This document shows positions 1-7,206 of a stretch of DNA of 27,272 nt, one piece after another. The stretch's first letter is position 1, and each line of letters starts with the position of its first letter. The position numbers and the translations under genes are program-made. Source of the DNA: a virus (Duplodnaviria > Caudoviricetes). Location: the IMG/VR virus record IMGVR_UViG_3300031472_000034, positions 1 to 27,272 of that record; one strand, 5' to 3'. Under the pieces are notes generated by a model that was given only the letters and a program-made list of their open reading frames with translations, was not told the origin of the DNA and made no database searches.

Positions 1-2297
1 CCGTAGCCGTTATTGAGCGCATAGCGACACGTGGGGTAATCGTGGAAGTCGGCAAGATTGATGCCATACGGCTCAAGCGAGCCGACGTCCTGATATGCGG
101 TGGCGTAATTGCCCGATCCCGAGGCGAAGCCGACGACTTCGGGGATGTTGTTCGTTGCGGCAGCCTGAGAGTTCGTCGCCTGAAGCGAGCGAACGGCTTG
201 CGGCCACGTGCCGGAGATTGAGCCATTTGCGTCGGGCTCGTTGTAATTCTGGACCGCGTTCTGACATCCGGCTGGGAGCGGGTTGCTTGCGTCGGGCGTG
301 CCGCTAATGAAGTGGCCGCCCGCAGCGCAGAATGGAGTCACGTAATTTGCGATATTGGATGCGCCAAACGCGCCGTCGCGAACTTGGCGGATGCCGAGGG
401 TATTCAGACCCGCGATTAGCGCAGCGGCATTGCTGTACTGCCCATAGATCGCGTGCGTGTTAACGCCCATCGCGCCGGTCCACTCGCGTGCGCGCGATGG
501 CTGGACGCAGTTCGCCGTGCAAGCGATTGTCGAGACCGGGGTCCCGACCGGAGCTGGGGTCGGGTACGGCACGACCGTGTCGACGGGGATCGGGGTGACA
601 ACGGGCTGCGGGCTATCGGCGACACCCGAGGGGGGCGGCGGCTGGACCGCGGCGGACCAGCAGACCCATTTCGTGGACGAGTTCGTCAGCAACGCGATCG
701 AGAGCCCCGGCACCGCTTGATTTGCGGTCGTGGTGTCGGTCGCGTAATGGAACCCGTACTGCTCGGCCGAGTAGGCGCCGCTCGCGCCATCCGAGACGTA
801 GCCAGTCGGAACGGTCGGTGACTGGTTGCCCGCGCCGTTCGTGCCGCCATCGATCGCGATCCCGTAGACAATGACCGAGCCGATGCGCGGCGCCGTGACG
901 GCGGGGCACGAGACCGTCGCCGCATTGCCGGTATTCGACGCTTCTGCTGCGACCGGGAATTGCGAGTCGGCTCCCGTGAACGAATAGATATAGCCGTCGT
1001 TGGAACCGCCCTGAGACGCGGTGGAGTTCGTCTCGGTCGCTTCACCGGTTGAGACGTGCCAGCCGATTCCCTCGACGACCGAGAAGGCCGCGTCCGTCGC
1101 GACTTGCGCGAAGTTTGTGATGAGCGACGGGCCGTAATTGTAGTAATCGGTGAACCCGACGTCCACTTGTCCAGTAACCGGAGGCGGGGTCGGGGCCCAC
1201 GTGACCGTGTACGCCCCGGCGGTCGTGTATCCGCTGCTGACCTTTTGGATCGCGACGGGAGGCGGATTCGTCCCGACCGGAGCGGCCGTTGGCGTGGGCG
1301 AGGCGGGCGGCGCGGTCGGCGTGACCGTCGGAGCCTGCGTCGGTACCGGAGTAGCGGTCGGGGCGGTGGTGGGAGCAACCGTCGGGGCAGCCGTCGGCGC
1401 GACCGTAGGTGTCGCGGTCGGGGCTGCCGTGGCCGTAGGGGCCTGAGTCGGCGTCTGCGTCGCTACGGGCGAGGGAGCGGGCGTGGCGGGACTATGCGTG
1501 GGCGCCGAGGTCGGAGTCGCGGTCGGGGCGGGGCTCGCCGTCGGAGGAGCATTCGGAGCCGGGGTCGCGGTCGAGCCGGGCGCGCCCGTGAGGACGATCA
1601 GGACCTGGACAATGCTCGAATCGGAGCCCGACGAGGACTGCAGGGCGAAGCCGCCCTGGGTCGGGCCCGAGAGCGTGACGTTCGCGTTATCGTTGATCGC
1701 GCTGTAGAGGACGACTGGCTGCGAGCCAAACGGCCCGTAGCCGACGAAGCGGCCATTCGCGCCGAGCTGGACGTCGGCGGCCGAGCAATTTGTGAGGATT
1801 GAGCCGCTCTGGAGCGGGATGAGCTGCGAGCCGCACGACTGCGGGGCTGGGGTCGGGGACGGGGTCGGCGCGATCGTCGGGACCGGGCTTGCGGTCGGGG
1901 TCGGGCTCGCGGTAGGAGCCTGGGTCGGTGACGGCGTGGAGCCGGTCGGGACGGCGGTCGGGACGGCCGTCGGCGCGCTCGTCGGAGCCGCGGTCACGAT
2001 CGGGGTCGGGCTCGCGGTCGCGGAGCTCGTCGGAGCGGGTGTCGGTGTCGACCCGCAAGCCGTGCGCGTGAAACCGCGTTGCTGCTGCCGCGAGAGGCTC
2101 TCCCACGATGTTTCCGAGATGATCGTGCCGGCCGGGAAGCCGGGCACCAGCCCGATCGAGACGTACTGGTAGCACGACGCGCTCTGCGCGCTCGCAACCG
2201 AGCCGGGGATCGAGATCCCGCCCACGATCGCGGGCGTGCCGCTGAACGTGAGCGCAAGGGTGATGACTGCGGCGAGAACTCGGCGGACCAAGCGCAT
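1..2297 (-). CDS. Large secreted modular protein, 3'-truncated by the window edge (>765 aa): signal peptide, Pro/Thr linkers, beta-rich modules and a clan GH-A glycoside hydrolase domain
   Basis: Hand-translated open frame from ATG 2297 (SD GAGAGGA) to base 1; absent from the ORF track because it has no stop in the window. N-terminus MRLVRRVLAAVITLALTFSG...VASA|QS. C-terminal region has MGVNTH...LNTLGIRQVRDG...NYNEPD (NEP at 234-242)...LADFHDYP, typical of clan GH-A TIM barrels. Confidence 0.8.
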   Translation of the reverse strand, partial: MRLVRRVLAAVITLALTFSGTPAIVGGISIPGSVASAQSASCYQYVSIGLVPGFPAGTIISETSWESLSRQQQRGFTRTACGSTPTPAPTSSATASPTPIVTAAPTSAPTAVPTAVPTGSTPSPTQAPTASPTPTASPVPTIAPTPSPTPAPQSCGSQLIPLQSGSILTNCSAADVQLGANGRFVGYGPFGSQPVVLYSAINDNANVTLSGPTQGGFALQSSSGSDSSIVQVLIVLTGAPGSTATPAPNAPPTASPAPTATPTSAPTHSPATPAPSPVATQTPTQAPTATAAPTATPTVAPTAAPTVAPTTAPTATPVPTQAPTVTPTAPPASPTPTAAPVGTNPPPVAIQKVSSGYTTAGAYTVTWAPTPPPVTGQVDVGFTDYYNYGPSLITNFAQVATDAAFSVVEGIGWHVSTGEATETNSTASQGGSNDGYIYSFTGADSQFPVAAEASNTGNAATVSCPAVTAPRIGSVIVYGIAIDGGTNGAGNQSPTVPTGYVSDGASGAYSAEQYGFHYATDTTTANQAVPGLSIALLTNSSTKWVCWSAAVQPPPPSGVADSPQPVVTPIPVDTVVPYPTPAPVGTPVSTIACTANCVQPSRAREWTGAMGVNTHAIYGQYSNAAALIAGLNTLGIRQVRDGAFGASNIANYVTPFCAAGGHFISGTPDASNPLPAGCQNAVQNYNEPDANGSISGTWPQAVRSLQATNSQAAATNNIPEVVGFASGSGNYATAYQDVGSLEPYGINLADFHDYPTCRYALNNGY
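1261..1580 (-). repeat. Pro/Thr/Ala-rich low-complexity linker (PTAAPTVAPT-type repeats), second linker of the secreted protein
   Basis: Degenerate tandem gtcggg/gtcggc/gtcgcg units on the + strand encoding ...APTATPTVAPTAAPTVAPTTAPTATPVPT... Confidence 0.85.
1846..2055 (-). repeat. Pro/Thr/Ser-rich low-complexity linker, first linker of the secreted protein
   Basis: Encodes STPTPAPTSSATASPTPIVTAAPTSAPTAVPTAVPT...PTPSPTPAP; includes tandem gtcgggacggc units. Confidence 0.85.
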
Positions 2298-2318
2298 CTG
2301 GGCGTCCTCTCGGGAACG

Positions 2319-2344
2319 AAAAAGCCCCGCCGGGAAGGCGAGGC
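2319..2344 (-). terminator. Rho-independent terminator
   Basis: Minus strand GCCTCGCC-TTCCC-GGCGGGGC-TTTTT: 8-bp stem with one G-U pair plus a U5 tract, downstream of the lipoprotein gene. Confidence 0.75.
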
Positions 2345-2386
2345 GTAAAGGGCGAGACCGATGCGCGGTGATCCGCGCGGAGTAGG

Positions 2387-2776
2387 CTAGTGGACCGGCC
2401 GGTACACTACGGGCAGCATCACGATGCCAGCGGCTCTGGGAAGCGGATGACCGTGGCTATCGCGCGCCCCGATTGTGGCTTGGCCCGCGTCGAGATGCGT
2501 CACGATGAAGCGCGCGTCGTTGCTGACGTTTTGCGGGGAACCGACAATAAGTGGGACCGACGCGAACGGAAACCTCGCGCTGCCGTGCATGGCGTAGCGG
2601 ACGATCCATCGGCAACGCATGGCCGGCGGGACCTGCGCGCATGAGACGAACTCGCCGGACGTCTGCGGGGAAGCGGCGCGATCAGGCATCGCGAGCATTT
2701 TTGGCGCGCTCTGGGGCTTCGAGCTCGCGCAAGCGCTAAGCGCCAGGACCGCAAGCGCGGCGATCGTGCGGCGCAT
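2387..2776 (-). CDS. Predicted lipoprotein (129 aa)
   Basis: ATG 2776 lies 2 nt after the tail-fiber stop (TAAGGATG). MRRTIAALAVLALSAC is a basic n-region, hydrophobic h-region and LSAC lipobox. The 3253 start in the track overlaps the tail fiber and is rejected. Confidence 0.75.
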   Translation of the reverse strand: MRRTIAALAVLALSACASSKPQSAPKMLAMPDRAASPQTSGEFVSCAQVPPAMRCRWIVRYAMHGSARFPFASVPLIVGSPQNVSNDARFIVTHLDAGQATIGARDSHGHPLPRAAGIVMLPVVYRPVH

Positions 2777-2778
2777 CC

Positions 2779-4506
2779 TTACGTCCCGCGGCAGACGGTC
2801 GAGAACGTCGCGCCGCCATTCGTCGCTGAGCCAAAAAAGAGCGTCGAGCCCGAGCTCGCGCCGGCGAGATAGACGCCCCCGCCGTTCCCCGCCGGGCCGC
2901 TGAACGGCTGCGCGTTCTGGACCGTACTCGCGGGGTCGCACGAGAACGTGAGGTTCGATGCGAACGTCGCGCTGCCGCTGAGGTTGACCGTCGCGCAATA
3001 GTAGTTCGACGTGACGCCGCAATTTGATTGGCTGCTCGCGGTCGTGCCCGTGACGTAGACCTCGTGCCACGTATTGCTGACCGCAGCCCCGCTCGCGTTG
3101 AAGACCGGCGCGACAGGGGCCGTTTTGCTGTAGATCGTCCCGACCGACTGAACGCCTTGCGCGATCAAGCTGCCCGTCACGCCCAAGTCGCCGTTCTGAT
3201 TCATGCACGCTTTGTAGCCGACGTTCGACTGCGCGATCCCGAGCAACGTGCATTGGATTCCCTGCACCGTCGTGCCCGCGCCCGGCTGCGCGATCCGGAA
3301 CCCGTTGTTGCCGTTCGAGAGCCCGACGTAGGCGGTCGTGGGGTCGTTCGCTTGCAGGATGTAGGTCGGGGACGTGACCTGGCTCGAGAACGAGCCGCTC
3401 CCGATGCTGATCGATGAGCCCGAGTTGCCGACGACATTGCCGCTGATCGTCAGATTGTGCGTGACGTTGAATGCGTCGGCGGCAACGGTTCCGGCGTACG
3501 TCGCGTTGCCCGATGCGTCGATGTGCCCGATCTGGGTCAGCGTGCCGTTGGACGCGACGTTGAAGTACCGGAAACCGTATGTCGAACTGGTCGGCACGCT
3601 GAGATTGAAGCCGGGGCCAGGTGCCGCGTCATTTGCGATCGTCGGAAACGTCGGGCTCGGGGCGCCATTGGCTGCGAGAATCAAGGACGCGATCGAGAGC
3701 CCGGTTGTGGCCGGGACGTTGCTCAGGTTCGCGTTCGCGTAATCGCCGTGCGGGAGGTTGAATCCACCGCTCGCGTTAGCGGGCACGAAGCCGTAGAACT
3801 GGTTTGTCGTCGACAGCGTGACGTTCGATTGAGCGAGCGATGTTTGACCGTTCGCGACGAAGACGCTGGCAACGGGAACCCACCCGGCATCGGCCGCCGG
3901 AGCGACCGGAATCGCCGTCGTGGCGGAGCCGGATTCGATCTGGCACGCGACAAAGTCGTTCCGATCGCGATTCGCCGTCTGCGAAATGGTCGTGTTCGGC
4001 GCCGTCTCGAAGAGCTCGGTTTGCGGGGTCGCGTCGACCGTCTGAACTTGGCACTCGATGAGATCCGCAATCGACTGACCCGTCGAGGTCGGGGCCGTGA
4101 ACGGTCCGAGCGCGATCGTTGGTGTCGAGAGCGCGCCTTGCACGAAGATCTGCGTCGGATCGGCCGAGAGCTGGGTCGCGCCGGACCCGTAGACGTTCAC
4201 GTCATCCTGCTGGAACTGATAGACCGAGCCGCGCGTATTCGGCGCCGACGGACCAACTTGCACGAAAAGGCCGGTCGACGGCGTGACGGCGATATGGGAA
4301 AACGCGCCGTTCGTCGAGCCGAACATATCGTAGATGAGCTGGCCGAACCCGAGCCGCACGTCGCGCTGACTCTGGATGACCCATCCCGACGACAGGTTCA
4401 TCCCGTAGTAATCGTTGATGCGGTTGAGCGCGCTCGCCGGAGCGGATCCGATGAGCGCCGCGAGGGCAACAAAAAAAGACGCCCGTAGCGCCGATGCGAT
4501 TCTCAA
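2779..4506 (-). CDS. Tail fiber / receptor-binding protein with N-terminal signal peptide (575 aa)
   Basis: Located directly after the baseplate J and wedge genes. N-terminal region (LNRINDYYG...GLFVQVGP...GSVYQ...PTSTGQSIADLIECQ...APAADAGWVPVASVFVANGQT) resembles the baseplate-attachment domain of myovirus fibers. G/S/T/N-rich beta body. TTG start with SD GAGAGGA. Confidence 0.75.
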   Translation of the reverse strand: MRIASALRASFFVALAALIGSAPASALNRINDYYGMNLSSGWVIQSQRDVRLGFGQLIYDMFGSTNGAFSHIAVTPSTGLFVQVGPSAPNTRGSVYQFQQDDVNVYGSGATQLSADPTQIFVQGALSTPTIALGPFTAPTSTGQSIADLIECQVQTVDATPQTELFETAPNTTISQTANRDRNDFVACQIESGSATTAIPVAPAADAGWVPVASVFVANGQTSLAQSNVTLSTTNQFYGFVPANASGGFNLPHGDYANANLSNVPATTGLSIASLILAANGAPSPTFPTIANDAAPGPGFNLSVPTSSTYGFRYFNVASNGTLTQIGHIDASGNATYAGTVAADAFNVTHNLTISGNVVGNSGSSISIGSGSFSSQVTSPTYILQANDPTTAYVGLSNGNNGFRIAQPGAGTTVQGIQCTLLGIAQSNVGYKACMNQNGDLGVTGSLIAQGVQSVGTIYSKTAPVAPVFNASGAAVSNTWHEVYVTGTTASSQSNCGVTSNYYCATVNLSGSATFASNLTFSCDPASTVQNAQPFSGPAGNGGGVYLAGASSGSTLFFGSATNGGATFSTVCRGT

Positions 4507-4526
4507 TGGGAATCCTCTCTTGTGCG

Positions 4527-5546
4527 CTACGCGCCGCGGTTGTCGGCGTAGACGGGCTGGTAGCCGCCGGCCTTGACGAGCTGCACCATGTCGTCGAGCC
4601 CGCCGCTCGGGGCCCCGATCACACGCGCCGGATTATTCCGATTCGCATACACGAGCTCGACGCAGAGCTGATTCGCGACAAGCCCGACCTGCGCGCTTCG
4701 CGTCGGATCACTCTGCAGATCGAACGTCAAGATCGTCGGCACCACATCGGGCAACGTCCCGACGTCTTGGCCGCCCTGGATGTCCTGCGCCCCGAGCACG
4801 TCTTGCGCGAAATCGAGACCACCCGATCCGCCGGTCGCGGTTGGCTCAAAATCTTGCTGGCCGGCGATGTCCTGCGCGCCTTGAATGTCTTGCGCGGACG
4901 CGGTTGGGGCCGCGAGCGACCCGACCGACGCGAGCCACGCCTCGGCCACGAGCGCGATCGCGGCGAGCGTGCAGCGTGGCGACGAGATCAACGCCGTAAT
5001 TCTAGTAACGAAGAACGGATCGAGCTCGCCCGAGAACCGGATAAGATAGAGGCCGAGATAACGACGCGCCCAAGCGTCGACTTGCGTTCCCGTGCATGAC
5101 CCGAGCCGGATACTTGCGAGCAGGATGCGGGTCTGGAGATCGATCGACGTGAGCGCGACACCGAGCCAGCGCGCGAGCAAGTCGACATTCGCCGGTGCAT
5201 CTGCGAAACGGGCGTGCGGCCACTCGCGGCGCTGCAAATGAGCCCATCCGTTTCGGTCCTTCGAGGGGCTCTCGAACGTGGGGCACGGGACCGTTGTCAT
5301 CGATCCGTCCGCGTTCGGCGCGAACTCGATTGGGAGCGCCGGCGCGCGGCCGGGTTGACCCGAGAACGCGGCAATGTAGGTCTGGCCGGGCGTGATCGGG
5401 AGCGAGCAGCCGCCCGCAACGTCAGTCGTGGCCGATGCGAGTAGCGTCGAGGCGAGGATCGGGGTACCGGCTTGCCAGACGCGCAGGATAATGCCCGGCG
5501 AGAGCGCGCAGCCGTCGACGTCGGTGAACGCGATCCGGACCGCCAT
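4527..5546 (-). CDS. Baseplate wedge protein (P2 gpI / Mu gp48-like) with an extra N-terminal domain
   Basis: Between baseplate J and the fiber. The segment IRLGSCTGTQVDAWARRYLG...RFSGELDPFFVTRI...RCTLAAI matches the usual 'A.G..LD......G..R..GE.D..FR.RI' pattern. Confidence 0.65.
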   Translation of the reverse strand: MAVRIAFTDVDGCALSPGIILRVWQAGTPILASTLLASATTDVAGGCSLPITPGQTYIAAFSGQPGRAPALPIEFAPNADGSMTTVPCPTFESPSKDRNGWAHLQRREWPHARFADAPANVDLLARWLGVALTSIDLQTRILLASIRLGSCTGTQVDAWARRYLGLYLIRFSGELDPFFVTRITALISSPRCTLAAIALVAEAWLASVGSLAAPTASAQDIQGAQDIAGQQDFEPTATGGSGGLDFAQDVLGAQDIQGGQDVGTLPDVVPTILTFDLQSDPTRSAQVGLVANQLCVELVYANRNNPARVIGAPSGGLDDMVQLVKAGGYQPVYADNRGA

Positions 5547-5550
5547 CGCG

Positions 5551-6744
5551 CTACTCCTGCGTCACGGAGACGCCGCTCACGACCGCGATCGTGCCGTAGG
5601 GCACCGGGATCGAGGCGTAGCCGCCGTTGAGCAGCAAGTCATCAACGGCCGCGATCCCGGGCACGAGTTGATTGCCGAGCGCGTCACGACCCGTGAGCGC
5701 GTTGTAGGCACCCGAGATCTTGACGAAGTTCGACTGGATATTGCCGGGCTTCTGAATCGGCGTCATCCCGACGCTGTTGACGTACGCGGTCAAGGCAGCC
5801 GTAGCGGCCGGCTGCAACGTCGCCCACGGGACCGTGCCGTCGGGCCGGATGAACGCCGTGATCTGGACCGAGAGCTGCGCGGGCGCATACACGGCGAACT
5901 GCATCCCGCCGGACCGGATTGCGTCAACGGCCGCGTATGCAACCGCAAGCTGGGCCGGGGTTGACGCACCGCCAAGCGGCGCGACGAAGATGCTCTCCCA
6001 CCCGAGCAGCGTCGCGCCCGTCTGGGTCAAGCAGTCGCCGACGCTCACGAGGAGGCCAGTCGCCGCGGCGGCGGTGTAGGAGGCAAGCGGGGTGCCGGTC
6101 AGCCCACCCGCAATTTGAATCTTGAAGCGCGAACGAACGCTCGCGTCCGATTCTGCATCGGTCCCGTTCGTGAAAGCCGCCGGGTTCGTGACGGATTGAA
6201 ATGGCGGCGCGCCCGACTGACCGAGACCCGAGACGATCGTCGCGACGGTGTTGGGAAGCGTGTTGCCGATCGAGCCCGCGCTCGTGCACGAGACCGTCGC
6301 CATGATCTCGGTCGTGTTAGCCGGGAACACGTAACCGCTCGGGCCCTCGTTGCCGTCCGACACAAGCACGTACTGCAACTGATCGGGCGAGCGAGAGAAG
6401 ACGGTCCCGAATGGGATCGTGACCGGGACCGAGGCCGCGCTCGCGAGCGATAGCGAGACGAGTCCCGTCGCGGCATTGCCGCCAGCTCGGAAGATGCCGT
6501 ACGGGGCAACGAGCTGGTCGAGGTCCGCGCCCGTCGCGCTATCGACGTCCACGACACCGGCCACGTAGCCGACCTCGCTTTGAACCGCGAACGCGCCAAA
6601 TGCGGCAGCATCGAAGATCGCGCCGAGTTGGGAGAGGTCGTCTGTGCTCCAGGGCGTGATCCCGTATGCGACGCAGTCGGCCTGGTACTGCTGCACCATC
6701 GCGGCAACGATCTGTTGGCGCGTAAGAAATCCTGGCAGCGGCAT
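5551..6744 (-). CDS. Baseplate J-like protein (P2 gpJ / Mu gp47)
   Basis: Motifs ATGADLDQLVAPYGIFR, ATGLV, IPFGTVF, GSIGN, VTNPAAFTNGTDAESDASVRSRF; 397 aa. Confidence 0.92.
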   Translation of the reverse strand: MPLPGFLTRQQIVAAMVQQYQADCVAYGITPWSTDDLSQLGAIFDAAAFGAFAVQSEVGYVAGVVDVDSATGADLDQLVAPYGIFRAGGNAATGLVSLSLASAASVPVTIPFGTVFSRSPDQLQYVLVSDGNEGPSGYVFPANTTEIMATVSCTSAGSIGNTLPNTVATIVSGLGQSGAPPFQSVTNPAAFTNGTDAESDASVRSRFKIQIAGGLTGTPLASYTAAAATGLLVSVGDCLTQTGATLLGWESIFVAPLGGASTPAQLAVAYAAVDAIRSGGMQFAVYAPAQLSVQITAFIRPDGTVPWATLQPAATAALTAYVNSVGMTPIQKPGNIQSNFVKISGAYNALTGRDALGNQLVPGIAAVDDLLLNGGYASIPVPYGTIAVVSGVSVTQE

Positions 6745-6777
6745 CGCGCCTGCTTTCTCGAATCGCCTACGAAGCGT

Positions 6778-7203
6778 TCAGGGATACTGAAGCGTAACGA
6801 CGAACCCGGTGACCGTCGTGAAGCCGACGATGAACGCCAGCGGGTCAACGCTCGTGAACGTGACGGTCGGGGCTGGCTGGGCGACAACGTCATCCATTGT
6901 CGCGAGGCCAGCGAGTACACGGTCACGGATCTCGCTCGCGGCGACCTGCGGATCAAGGCTGTCGACGAGTCGCTGCAACCCGACGCCGACTGTTGGGTGA
7001 AACGCATCGTCGGGCGCGTAGTAGCGACCAGTCGACGAGTCGTACGACCCGGGGGACTGGCTTAGCAGAACGCTAATCCGCTGCTTCGTCGCGAGCGGGG
7101 CGCGAGGCGCGTCAACGACGCCCACGATATCGCCAGTGAGTGGGTCGAACGAGATGTCGCCGCCGACCGGGCAGAGCATCTCGACTCGTGTCGCGGCGGC
7201 CAT
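6778..7203 (-). CDS. Baseplate wedge / sheath initiator (gp25 / gpW-like)
   Basis: 141 aa between spike and J; GDISFD...GD...KQRISVLLSQSPG...FHPTVGVGL pattern. Confidence 0.7.
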   Translation of the reverse strand: MAAATRVEMLCPVGGDISFDPLTGDIVGVVDAPRAPLATKQRISVLLSQSPGSYDSSTGRYYAPDDAFHPTVGVGLQRLVDSLDPQVAASEIRDRVLAGLATMDDVVAQPAPTVTFTSVDPLAFIVGFTTVTGFVVTLQYP

Positions 7204-7206
7204 GCG

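Noticed and set aside
1056-2175. Overlapping Arg-rich and Val/Gly-rich ORFs in the track, or a CRISPR-like array
   Set aside because: These are shadow frames of the Pro/Thr linker codons in the minus-strand gene. The repeats are degenerate codon repeats without a repeat-spacer structure.
2387-2776. Lipoprotein as o-spanin (Rz1)
   Set aside because: No adjacent i-spanin, endolysin or holin is recognisable, and the mature part looks like a beta domain rather than a short Pro-rich spanin. Not fully excluded.
2779-4506. Diversity-generating retroelement or invertible fiber cassette
   Set aside because: I saw no duplicated TR/VR pair, reverse transcriptase, invertase or flanking inverted repeats in the window.
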